This document shows positions 47,639 through 56,544 of a DNA stretch of 56,544 bases, one piece after another. Source of the stretch: a virus. Taxonomy: Duplodnaviria; Caudoviricetes. Both the position numbers and the translations under genes were made by a program. Each line of letters opens with the position of its first letter. Within the stretch, counting starts at the first letter, position 1. The notes below the pieces were generated by a model. It was not told where the DNA came from, made no database searches, and saw nothing but the letters and a program-made list of their open reading frames with translations. The DNA lies in IMG/VR virus record IMGVR_UViG_3300042987_000761, positions 1 through 56,544 of that record; one strand, 5' to 3'.

Positions 47639-47667
47639 ATTATAGCACATTATGCTCAAGCGATCAA
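47639..47667 (-). promoter_or_regulatory. sigma70-like promoter
   Basis: TTGATC-17 nt-TATAAT with TG extension. Confidence 0.6.
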
Positions 47668-49383
47668 TGCCTCGACGTTTTTACTATTGATGCTCTCGCG
47701 TACGAACTCCGATACATTCTTTTTGTCTTGCAAAGCGGACAATATCGCGCCATCGACCGACTTCTCCATCACCAGATCGATGTACAACACCGACTTGGTC
47801 TGACCGATCCGATGCGCACGATCTTCCGACTGATCGCGTTCGACGTAATTGAACGAATTGCTAAAATACACTACTAATTCGGCGGCGGTCATATTCAGAC
47901 CGGTGCCCCCGGTCGCCGCGTTCCCGACCAGAAATCGTGCCTTCTTCTTCTGGAATAGCTCCTGCACGTTGTGATCGCGATCCTTTTCGGACACCTGACC
48001 GTATATCTCGACCACTTGGTCGTGACCATACTTGGCGCGTAGAGCCTCGGACACCATATGAATCTCTTCGATGAATCGGCACCACACGATAGTGGACACT
48101 TGATATTCCTCGGCGATACTGAGCAGTTCCTCTATCTTCGGATTCCGACCGGGGATTCGCGAGTGTTCGTACTTTGAGGGATTGAACAAATCCGGATTCC
48201 TTTCAAATGTGACGATACCTCCGCATATCTCTTGGAGTCGTAGCATTCTCTCCAACACCGTATTGACTGTGAGTCCTCGATCCCCCACGACTGCACGGTT
48301 TTTCTTAGCAATGTCTGTATACAGGCTTTTCTGCTCTTCATTAAACTGCACTTCTCGGATTTCATACACTTTCGGTGGTAATTCGGTTAATACTTCGGAT
48401 TTACGTACTTGATACACATATGGTGACACTAACTCGATCAACTCCTCCATATTCTGATAGCCGATGATCTGCTTACCCTCGAACCCGCCCATTACCGCGT
48501 AGCGGTTCCTGAATGAGAAGAAGTCGCCGCTGCCGATGATATTCTCATCGAGGAATTCGAACTGCATATACAGGTCGAGTGGCGCATTCGCGATCGGAGT
48601 GCCGGTCATGACCAGCTTGTACTTGGCACCACGCCCGATCTTAACCGCATTCTTGGCTCGCACCGCATTATGGGTCTTAATCATATGCGCTTCATCAACG
48701 ATCATGCCAACGCGAGTGGACGTGTTCACGAATCTCTCGGCGTAAGTAGCTGCCGATCCCGCAGCCAGCGATTCAGTACCGACTATCAGTACCTTCAAAG
48801 CGTCGGTGGTGCTGGTGTTGAATGCGTCGAATATTTTAGGCTTGGTGGTGTCCAGTACCATCACTTCATACGGCACCGGGCAGTGAATCGCGAATTCGCG
48901 CTCCCAGTTCATGCGAGTCGAGAACTTGGTCACCACCAACAATCGATCTACATCGCCTTCCATATGATACGCCGAGAATAGATCGATCGAAGTCTTGGTC
49001 TTACCAGTACCCATATCCATGTAGTACGCGAATGACTCCTTTTTCCACGAGTACGACAGCGCTTTAAGCTGATACGCTCGCGGCAGCGTCTTGAATGGAT
49101 ACGTCGATGGGAATTCAGCGATCGGCGCGATCGACTTTACCTGTACAGCATTTCTGGCAACGTCATATGCCTCTTTAGACCAGAACTGATTAGGAAAGCG
49201 GTCAAGCATATAGGCGGCATTTGTTCGCAGCGCAGGTGCGGTCCAAACGCGACGCTTTGCATCCCAACGACGGTTAGGAATGGCACGAATGTGATCAATC
49301 GACCAAGGCGGCGATATGATGATGAACCGACCTGATTTCGGGTCATACGTGATATCAATATTCTGGCGTGAAGTCTGGAGCAT
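47656..49383 (-). CDS. SNF2-family (SF2) helicase
   Basis: MDMGTGKT, VDEAH, MTGTP, GTGLNMTAA, QSEDRAHRIGQ. Confidence 0.92.
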   Translation of the reverse strand: MLQTSRQNIDITYDPKSGRFIIISPPWSIDHIRAIPNRRWDAKRRVWTAPALRTNAAYMLDRFPNQFWSKEAYDVARNAVQVKSIAPIAEFPSTYPFKTLPRAYQLKALSYSWKKESFAYYMDMGTGKTKTSIDLFSAYHMEGDVDRLLVVTKFSTRMNWEREFAIHCPVPYEVMVLDTTKPKIFDAFNTSTTDALKVLIVGTESLAAGSAATYAERFVNTSTRVGMIVDEAHMIKTHNAVRAKNAVKIGRGAKYKLVMTGTPIANAPLDLYMQFEFLDENIIGSGDFFSFRNRYAVMGGFEGKQIIGYQNMEELIELVSPYVYQVRKSEVLTELPPKVYEIREVQFNEEQKSLYTDIAKKNRAVVGDRGLTVNTVLERMLRLQEICGGIVTFERNPDLFNPSKYEHSRIPGRNPKIEELLSIAEEYQVSTIVWCRFIEEIHMVSEALRAKYGHDQVVEIYGQVSEKDRDHNVQELFQKKKARFLVGNAATGGTGLNMTAAELVVYFSNSFNYVERDQSEDRAHRIGQTKSVLYIDLVMEKSVDGAILSALQDKKNVSEFVRESINSKNVEALIA

Positions 49384-50911
49384 CCACTTCTCCCTCTATG
49401 TCGTCGCTAATCGGAGCATACCACACGTTAATCGGGTACGAATGACCCGGAATACGCATCTTGGTATGCGCGGCACCACATTCCCGCCGCAGCGTGGTCC
49501 AAAGGTCCATACCCTGCTGCAGCTCGGCCTTGTTACGCTTCAAGAATTCGGAGAATGCGATACCCTTGAATACTATGCAGCGAATGCCGTCCAGCTCCTG
49601 CACCACCGGAATGTTGCGAGTCAATGCCTTGCGCTCGTGCGGATCCTTACCGTCTGATGTCAGATCGGCTTTCTGCATGAATTCGTGGAACTTCTGCTCG
49701 ATGATACCTGATGCTGATGCCTCCTTCGGTACTTCGATCACGCGGATATTCGGCACCAACGGATCTAGGATTCTTTTTCGCCACGCGTCCTGCGAAATCT
49801 TCGGAATATTGATTTTAAGTTGCTCGAAGATGAGAGTACCCATGGCGTTAGGATCACGGAGTACTACAGTAGGAATATTAGAAATAAGCTTACCGTTAAC
49901 GTGAAGTCCCCAGCGGGGAGGGTCCGACTGGTATTCGATAAGGTCGGTAAAACTAGGAAGGGAATCATACGCCTCCAATGCTTTAGCTTCGTCGGTGGAT
50001 ATTCCATATTCGCGTGTGACACACACTTTGCGATCACACAGCGACTTGCACGGGTCTTCACCACACTTGTACTGGTACTCGCGCCGCGATGCCGAGCGAA
50101 TGACCTTCCGCGCCTCCTGATTATTCAACGGTTTGTCGAACATCGTCCGATTCAGCGCCATCGCGTCATCGAAGAATGTCTCCGGTCGTGCGCGTTTGAG
50201 ATAGATGACCACGTTATACATGGCCTCATTACGAGCACCCGACTCAACACCAGTATGAATCATCTTCTGGATGCAGGGTGGTGCCTCCAAATGCTCACGA
50301 TTCGCCAGCGCGTTCAGCTCTTCGACCGTCAGGCGCTTCGATTGTGCATACTGGATGAACAATTCGAACGACAGGCGCTTGCCGTCCTGATCAAACGCGT
50401 ACCGGTTGGTGTCATCGCCGCCGAAGTAGCAGAGATTCAACCAGTTGCCGAGCGACTTCTCGCCGGATTTGGTCACCACCGAGTCCTGTTTCGGGAATAT
50501 CTCGGTCTTGTGCGGAATCTGCAGGATGTCGCGCCACGATGACAGCAGCCGGATTACCACTTTCGCCGGTAGCCACTCCGAACCGAACAGGTAGCAATGA
50601 GCACCCCCGCGCTTGGACCGACATACCACCAACGGCAATCGGTGCTGCTCGATCTTCCTGATTAGTGCCAGATGATCGATATCCTCCGAACTCTCGTGGG
50701 CGTCCACATCGATCGCCCCGAACATAACAGTGCCGCCATCGGAAATCGGTACGATCCCGAGGCCCATCGTGCCTTCGATATGCGCCTGATAATGGTCAAT
50801 CGTCGGCTCGCCCTTCTCGGTCACCGCCCGATCGGTTTTAGCGTCGTACTGACCGAACGACCGCAGATTTCCCGCGAACAACGCTGCATAATCATTGATT
50901 AAGCTGGACAT
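49355..50911 (-). CDS. AEP-family primase-polymerase with PriCT-like domain
   Basis: AIDVD, RSKRGGAHCYLF, EIFPKQ, GNWLNL, GARNEAMYN, Cys cluster CGEDPC..LC...C. Confidence 0.85.
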   Translation of the reverse strand: MSSLINDYAALFAGNLRSFGQYDAKTDRAVTEKGEPTIDHYQAHIEGTMGLGIVPISDGGTVMFGAIDVDAHESSEDIDHLALIRKIEQHRLPLVVCRSKRGGAHCYLFGSEWLPAKVVIRLLSSWRDILQIPHKTEIFPKQDSVVTKSGEKSLGNWLNLCYFGGDDTNRYAFDQDGKRLSFELFIQYAQSKRLTVEELNALANREHLEAPPCIQKMIHTGVESGARNEAMYNVVIYLKRARPETFFDDAMALNRTMFDKPLNNQEARKVIRSASRREYQYKCGEDPCKSLCDRKVCVTREYGISTDEAKALEAYDSLPSFTDLIEYQSDPPRWGLHVNGKLISNIPTVVLRDPNAMGTLIFEQLKINIPKISQDAWRKRILDPLVPNIRVIEVPKEASASGIIEQKFHEFMQKADLTSDGKDPHERKALTRNIPVVQELDGIRCIVFKGIAFSEFLKRNKAELQQGMDLWTTLRRECGAAHTKMRIPGHSYPINVWYAPISDDIEGEVDAPDFTPEY

Positions 50912-50940
50912 GGTTTCCTCTAGTGTGCTCTATGCGACGC

Positions 50941-50969
50941 ATTATACCACAACTGCCACCCATTGACTA
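50941..50969 (-). promoter_or_regulatory. Promoter for the replication operon
   Basis: TAGTCA-17 nt-TATAAT with TG extension, upstream of the primase gene. Confidence 0.6.
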
Positions 50970-51048
50970 GTAGTAGCCATTGTGGTACACTATATGGGTC
51001 GGGTTCCGCGCAACGCGGGTCTCAGTATCATTTCTTCCCGACAATGGC

Positions 51049-51329
51049 TGTATCCGCTGTATCCGGCATAATGGAACAGGTCATGGAACGGCGAGAATCA
51101 AGACGGACGCGGCTCTTGGGCATTTGTATCCGCTGTTCCACGCGCGTGACCCCCTTATCCTGTCGCAAGCTTGCGACAGAGAACTTCCAGACGACAGAAC
51201 ACCGGATACAACGGATACAAGAAAACTGGAATATGTCTCACGTATGTGCGTGTATTAAGTCTCAAGAGAAGTGAGCGCTAATTAGCCTGTATCCGTTAGC
51301 AGCCTTATAATACGGATACAACGGATACA
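51049..51329. repeat. Non-coding element B: inverted homologue of element A, with palindrome CTGTCGCAAGCTTGCGACAG (51160-51179)
   Basis: Octamers at 51049, 51058, 51125, 51203, 51212, 51288, 51313, 51322; its reverse complement aligns block by block with 32470-32754. Confidence 0.92.
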
Positions 51330-51440
51330 GACTTGGGGTATCCGCCGTGCCGTGAGTGACCCCTGAATAAGAAGACGCCCCCGAGAGACCACGGAAGATA
51401 TCTCGGAGGCGCTGGAAAGGAGGGATAGCTACTAATATAG

Positions 51441-52982
51441 CTATGGTGCCATGACTGGCAAGGAGAAGCCCTCCTGAGGAGCTGCCGAAGATTGTTTTTT
51501 CTTAGCAATATTTGCTCGTATGCCCTGTTCGACCTCTTGGAGGCTCTGTAACATCCCTTCGGTCAGCTGCATTGGGGTGAATGGTTGATTTCGACGATTA
51601 CGGATGTAGTCGGTGATCGCCATGGTGAGGGGTGATGCGACCGCCATAGCAGTCCCCGGTCCGGCAGTCTTTGGGAACATCGACATCGCAGCCCCCAAGG
51701 TACCCGTGGCGCCCAAGGCAGTCCCCGGCATGTCACCGGCCAAATATCTCTCGCCTGTTTCCGCACCCATTGCACCCACTCCCGCACCACCCACTAGACC
51801 GGACAGAATCGGGTGACGCAGGACCGTCTGGGTCGCGGCCTGACCAAAGCGTCTGAGTGGTGACATACTTGGAGGTTCTACCGGAGGAATCGGCGCAGTT
51901 CTGGCTCCACGCGGTCCGCTCCCGACTTGTTCAGGTAGCATAAGGTCGGCGCGTTCTGGCACCATGCGGTAGCCGGGTCCGATCTTGGCTTCGGCTTCGG
52001 CGACCTGTCGAGCGATGTCGTAGTGGCCACCGGGAGCCTTGGACATATTCGCGGCGCGAGCTGCATCAAAATCGGACAATCCGAATGCTTTACCGTAGTT
52101 GAACGTTCCTTTGCCGCCAACCGGAGTACGACTGACTGGTCCTTGGGGTGGCGGTAATGGACCTCCGCGACCGGATGCAACCGGACCTGCGCCGGGACGA
52201 CCCTCGGCGAAAGCATCTGCGGCTCGGGTGATGGCCTGTTGTAATTTAGCTGCCCCTTTACCCGCACCATATATTGCTTTAGACGTTCCCAGCGCCGCGC
52301 CGGTTGGACCACCAAACGTCGCTCCAGCTACCATAGCGGACGGCGAGAATCCATATTCTTTAGGAGCGCTCTCTTGCGACCAGTCTCTCCAAGCTTGGGC
52401 CATCCCCTCCCCCCGATCACGAATATCTAGATCGGGTGAACCATAGGATTCTTCGGACGGGGCTTCAGCGATCGGTGCTTCAACCGGTGCAGGTGGAGCT
52501 TCAGCAGGAGCTTCTTCGGCCATTTTAGCGGCTTCAGGATTTAATAACCCACCAGTCAGAACGTTGAAATCATGCGCATACTGCACAGCTTCTGGCGATA
52601 TATCGTCTTTACTACCGGTCTTGAAATATGTAGAATTTGGCCCATCATGGTAAGCGACCACCAATTTTAATGGATCATATCCTACTTGTTTGTTTTTCAG
52701 CAGGTCATCAATGTATTTTATACCACACCGAACATTATCACCTAAATTTTCGCGGTCGCAATTGTAGGTTTTAGCGGTTGCTTTGGTGAGTTGCATGACA
52801 CCACGTGCACCGGTTTCAGATGTCTTACTTTGATCAAAAGTGCTCTCGATCCATGCCATCCCTAGTACGATGTCTGGATTTACACCCTGACGCCGAGATT
52901 CCTCGATGATCATCTTGGCGATCTTCGCCTGTTCGGGCGTGAGCTTATCCGGATCCCAACTAGTCACTACTTTAGAGGCCAT
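51441..52982 (-). CDS. Internal virion protein with N-terminal lytic transglycosylase (SLT) domain
   Basis: AWIESTF, SETGARGVMQL, AYHDGP. Confidence 0.85.
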   Translation of the reverse strand: MASKVVTSWDPDKLTPEQAKIAKMIIEESRRQGVNPDIVLGMAWIESTFDQSKTSETGARGVMQLTKATAKTYNCDRENLGDNVRCGIKYIDDLLKNKQVGYDPLKLVVAYHDGPNSTYFKTGSKDDISPEAVQYAHDFNVLTGGLLNPEAAKMAEEAPAEAPPAPVEAPIAEAPSEESYGSPDLDIRDRGEGMAQAWRDWSQESAPKEYGFSPSAMVAGATFGGPTGAALGTSKAIYGAGKGAAKLQQAITRAADAFAEGRPGAGPVASGRGGPLPPPQGPVSRTPVGGKGTFNYGKAFGLSDFDAARAANMSKAPGGHYDIARQVAEAEAKIGPGYRMVPERADLMLPEQVGSGPRGARTAPIPPVEPPSMSPLRRFGQAATQTVLRHPILSGLVGGAGVGAMGAETGERYLAGDMPGTALGATGTLGAAMSMFPKTAGPGTAMAVASPLTMAITDYIRNRRNQPFTPMQLTEGMLQSLQEVEQGIRANIAKKKQSSAAPQEGFSLPVMAP

Positions 52983-52990
52983 GATAGTCC

Positions 52991-54712
52991 TTACTTGAGC
53001 TTACCTTCTTTTTCGAGCTTGTCAATCGCGTCTTGTACGCTCTGCGTGGTCAGCGGTCGAAGCGGTTTATCTCTTTTGGTCTTACTAGGTTTTTGGGGTT
53101 TACCTTCTTCTTCAGCTATGCGCTGTAGATCCGGTGTACGACTTCCGGCCATGCGTGGTTCGACAATCGCAGCTGAGGCTTCCCCTGTTTCTTTCTTCCT
53201 GAATGGAATGCCTAGGTTCTCATTCGCCCAACGCTCGGCACCTTCGACCAGTCGTGCGTATCGACCATCGGCTTTGTCGCCCTTGAACTGTTCGAGAGTC
53301 TTGTACTGATTGCCCGGTTTATTACGATAATCGCGGAATGCGGCGGCGATATCCATGTCCAGATCGAAGCCTCGGGCCACCATCGCCATTTTCTGCTGAA
53401 TGGCTTTTGGCGTGTCGTATTTGCTACCCAGAACGTCTTTGATGGGCTGACCTTCGAGGTTTGATACTGAACCCATACCGGATCCGGCGTAGGTCTGACG
53501 ACGAAGCCCAAGCTCCATGCGAGCCAAGTTCCCAACGAAGATGTCCAGATCGGTGAAGTCGGAAATCTTAAAATTCTTATCCAGCTTCTGCAGCGTTTTT
53601 TCGATGTCGGCTTTGGTGACGTTCACATCGACGCCGGACGTCCCAGCCTTGGCGTGGCCGGTCATCGCATCTTGCACTAGTGACCACAATGCATTACCAA
53701 CACCGGGCTTATTCAAATAGCCGAATATCTTCGGATTACGACGTACTATTTCGAGGTTCTGAGCGGCTGCGGCTCTCGACATCCGATGTTCATCGGCTTG
53801 TAATAAGAATTTATTAGTCGCTTCAGCCTGCTCGCGAGCGGTGATCGTAGCGGCTTCTTTTTTAGCGGCAGATTCGGCTTCTCGGCCAGACACTGTAATA
53901 TCTGACGGCGCACTCGGAGGCGCGGCTCCCGTTTCATCACGTGGTCCTACGCCCTGAATATAGCGATCGAGGATGTCGTATACGGCCTTTTTATTATTAG
54001 ATTTCCGCGCCGCCCGAATAGCAATAATATCCTCGGGAGACATCGCGATATCACCCTTGAGTTCGGGCACGTATTCCTTGACCATCTCCCGACCCGGAAA
54101 TGGTGTGAATTCGCCGGTGAGCTTATTATAAGTACCGCTGGGTTGCGACCCCATGGTCTCCAGCTGCAACCTGTACTGAGTCTCCAATGCCTCGCCGAAG
54201 TCCTTGTCGATCAGTTTTGCTTTCGCGATCATGGCCGGTGTCATCATGCGACCCTGCACCATCATCGCCGGACCTGACGCGTCTCCCTTGACGGGACCAA
54301 CACCGCCTTCAGGAGTTATACCCTGTTGCAATGATGTGAATTCTTTAAATGCTTGCGACCGACGTGCGCGATCAAGAGGAATCTGCGCCATCTGCATTTG
54401 CATCATCGCATCTTCGATGTCGCGCTTTTCTTCGGCCAGCTGCGCGGCAGAATAAGCTTTTGCTCCACGACCAATTGCTTCGAATGCGCCACCGGTACGA
54501 CCGGGATCGAGGAGTTCTCCGGCCAGTGCGAGCATTTTAGGATCGAGTCTAAACCCGCCATCTTCGCCCATTCCGGTGCGACGATTCTGCAACATCATCA
54601 TCAACCGATCTTCGGCTTCTTGTGCCGCTCGGTATTTTTGATCGTACTCGGTACCTTCGCCTCCGAAAAATTCGGGCGGTATCATCGAGGCCGATTTTAG
54701 TGCTGAAGCCAT
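52991..54712 (-). CDS. Internal virion/ejection protein
   Basis: 573 aa helical protein, between the pilot-like and SLT genes. Confidence 0.65.
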   Translation of the reverse strand: MASALKSASMIPPEFFGGEGTEYDQKYRAAQEAEDRLMMMLQNRRTGMGEDGGFRLDPKMLALAGELLDPGRTGGAFEAIGRGAKAYSAAQLAEEKRDIEDAMMQMQMAQIPLDRARRSQAFKEFTSLQQGITPEGGVGPVKGDASGPAMMVQGRMMTPAMIAKAKLIDKDFGEALETQYRLQLETMGSQPSGTYNKLTGEFTPFPGREMVKEYVPELKGDIAMSPEDIIAIRAARKSNNKKAVYDILDRYIQGVGPRDETGAAPPSAPSDITVSGREAESAAKKEAATITAREQAEATNKFLLQADEHRMSRAAAAQNLEIVRRNPKIFGYLNKPGVGNALWSLVQDAMTGHAKAGTSGVDVNVTKADIEKTLQKLDKNFKISDFTDLDIFVGNLARMELGLRRQTYAGSGMGSVSNLEGQPIKDVLGSKYDTPKAIQQKMAMVARGFDLDMDIAAAFRDYRNKPGNQYKTLEQFKGDKADGRYARLVEGAERWANENLGIPFRKKETGEASAAIVEPRMAGSRTPDLQRIAEEEGKPQKPSKTKRDKPLRPLTTQSVQDAIDKLEKEGKLK

Positions 54713-54723
54713 GGTGTCACCAT

Positions 54724-55650
54724 TCAGATAATGTCGCCGGTGCCGAAGTCACCAAAATCAGGGAGATATTGCGAAAAGTTTATGCCACCTAGGAATTTAC
54801 CGATGCCCTCGATCGGACTTGAACCGCCTCTCTGAGATGCAAACAGAGAGCCTAAGCCGAGAATAGCCTGCAACGGCGACGTACCATACGCACCCGGCAT
54901 CGGACCTGTGAATGTCTGAGTAGTACCAAGTGGCACCTGATATCCGCGCATTAATTGCGCTGCGTTGCTAGCCATCTTAAGTGGTGCCTCGATCTTTGCT
55001 TGGTCTAACGCTTGCTGGAGAGCACCGGCATCTAGTAATGACTTCGCTCCAGTAAGACCCATTTCTTGTTCTAGCTTACCCATTCCGGCGAGCGCTTGAG
55101 CACCCTCTCGTTGAATGCCTAGATTGCGGAGGGCAGATTCCACGGCGGTGTTGTAGCCTGATTCCAATGCCTTGGTCTGTTGGCCGGTAAGTGCTGCCTG
55201 AATATCGGCGAGCGTCTGCCCGGTCGCGCCCATCATCCGCTGCGAACCATAGCCCCCCGAACCCGCGAATGCCCCTTTGAGACCCGGTAGAATATTTCGC
55301 TGCACGTTTTGCTGCGACAATCTGGCCATTTCGTCCACCACACTTTTGGTGTACGGGTTCATAAAGCTCTGAATTTGCGTTGGTGTGACACCACGCGCCA
55401 CGTCGGTCGCCGTCAGCTGAGCCGACGTTACTGACGGCATCCCGTAACCCGCCGCGTCTTCGGTTGACTTTAACCCTTTAGTTTGAAGATCCGAGAACGC
55501 CGCGACCATCTTGGTCGGGTCCATCGTGGTAGCAGTCTGACCGGCTTTGGCCAGTTCGGTCAGATAGTTCGTGTAATAGTCCGGCGCAGTGGTTAGCTGC
55601 GTGGTGGTGGTTTTTACGTCTGGTAGCGGATCACCCTGAAGGATAGCCAT
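54724..55650 (-). CDS. DNA pilot/ejection protein
   Basis: FMNPYT..VVD, GGYGSQR, Ala/Gln/Gly-rich. Confidence 0.7.
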   Translation of the reverse strand: MAILQGDPLPDVKTTTTQLTTAPDYYTNYLTELAKAGQTATTMDPTKMVAAFSDLQTKGLKSTEDAAGYGMPSVTSAQLTATDVARGVTPTQIQSFMNPYTKSVVDEMARLSQQNVQRNILPGLKGAFAGSGGYGSQRMMGATGQTLADIQAALTGQQTKALESGYNTAVESALRNLGIQREGAQALAGMGKLEQEMGLTGAKSLLDAGALQQALDQAKIEAPLKMASNAAQLMRGYQVPLGTTQTFTGPMPGAYGTSPLQAILGLGSLFASQRGGSSPIEGIGKFLGGINFSQYLPDFGDFGTGDII

Positions 55651-56544
55651 TTATCTTACCTCTTTGAGATATGCTAAAGGCGATTTCGCCTTAGGCGGTA
55701 TTTTATCATTAGAAGCACTTCTTTTGTGTTTCCTTATAGCCTCTCGCATTTTGTCGAGACGTCTCGCGCCCTCAGCGTTAGACCCGTCACCGAGAGCTGC
55801 CACCACGTCGGCATCGAAGACGTATTCTCCGTCGGCCAGTCGCGCGTCGATTAAGTCATCTTGACCGCCCCCGGCGCCTTGCACATAATGCGACCCCTTA
55901 TGAGGCACACCCGAACCACCTGCCGCCATCAAAGGTGTGGCTAAGACGTTTCCACCATCAGCAAATGCGGCCAACCCACCGCGTTTCATGAGCATCCTGC
56001 CCGGCTCAGGCACGGGTTCTATTTCATCATCTATCGCGCCATATGAATAATAGGACGGAGTGTCACCCGACAGCATAGCAATCAACTGCTCTAAAGTGGG
56101 TTCAGGCGTGGTGGCGTCTGGCGCGGAAGTAGCAGGGTATTCCATATCAGCCTCAGTATCAATGCTAGTGGGTATAGTGACGAGTTCAGACGTCCGTTTA
56201 ATAGGATCAAATACTGATTCGAATTTGTTCGGTAGTATGCTCGAAGTTAAATATTTATCAAACCATTCGCGGTTAGCTGGAGCGTTGGCGGATGATTCAC
56301 TCAGCGTCAACGGATTGATAGAAATCGACTGAGGCTGCGTCAAGTCTACTTCGGTGTCTGGTGTCTCTGGGGGCTTTTTGTCATCTGGTGGAGTCAGCGG
56401 GAATTCCTGCGTGGGGATTTCAGGGATTTCATCATCAGGAGGATCTACGATCACGACCGGACCCTCACCGCCGGGACCCTCACCGCCGGGACCCTCACCG
56501 CCGGGACCCTCACCGCCGGGACCCTCACCGCCGGGTAAATGCGG
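55651..56544 (-). CDS. C-terminal part of the large internal virion protein (open at the right edge)
   Basis: Frame open to 56544 (PHL(PGGEG)n...); GGGQDDLIDARLADGEYVFDADVV motif; MKRGG, FADGG, MAAGG. Confidence 0.8.
   Translation of the reverse strand, partial: PHLPGGEGPGGEGPGGEGPGGEGPGGEGPVVIVDPPDDEIPEIPTQEFPLTPPDDKKPPETPDTEVDLTQPQSISINPLTLSESSANAPANREWFDKYLTSSILPNKFESVFDPIKRTSELVTIPTSIDTEADMEYPATSAPDATTPEPTLEQLIAMLSGDTPSYYSYGAIDDEIEPVPEPGRMLMKRGGLAAFADGGNVLATPLMAAGGSGVPHKGSHYVQGAGGGQDDLIDARLADGEYVFDADVVAALGDGSNAEGARRLDKMREAIRKHKRSASNDKIPPKAKSPLAYLKEVR
56459..56535. repeat. 15-bp tandem repeat accctcaccgccggg x5 (encodes PGGEG)
   Basis: Directly visible at the contig end. Confidence 0.95.

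Noticed and set aside
34132-50542. Long + strand ORFs (e.g. 34132-34845, 37581-38387, 38400-39119, 49820-50542)
   Set aside because: Antisense to well-supported - strand genes, with no recognisable motifs

Overview
This window is a near-complete (about 56.5 kb) tailed dsDNA bacteriophage genome, podovirus-like, with essentially every real gene on the - strand. Spanins indicate a Gram-negative host. No integrase, RNA polymerase, tRNA or CRISPR array was found. The contig is cut inside a very large, low-complexity internal virion gene that runs off both ends. Reading in gene order: terminase (32.3-30.3 kb), two polyvalent-type injected proteins, portal, GroES-like protein, scaffold, major capsid, head/tail and fibre genes, a lysis cassette (GH19 endolysin, Rz with embedded Rz1), tail genes, then ejection proteins (56.5-51.4 kb). 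The early/replication module lies at 50.9-32.8 kb. Main findings: (1) a complete 2-aminoadenine (Z-genome) cluster with a DpoZ-like family A polymerase, purZ, a MazZ/DUF550 pyrophosphohydrolase and a DatZ-like HD phosphohydrolase, plus an unannotated NrdR/Ogr-like zinc-ribbon gene and a DUF6378-like gene; (2) two homologous non-coding elements of about 285 bp, in inverted orientation, bracketing the whole replication module, each built from iterated TGTATCCG octamers around the same perfect 18-bp palindrome; (3) repeated promoter-hairpin-RBS cassettes in the early region; (4) candidate structured RNAs on both sides of an SSB-like gene; (5) a shared [FYML]xxGG motif across several virion-module proteins; (6) a probable ATT start codon. 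All family assignments come from motif recognition by eye, not database searches.
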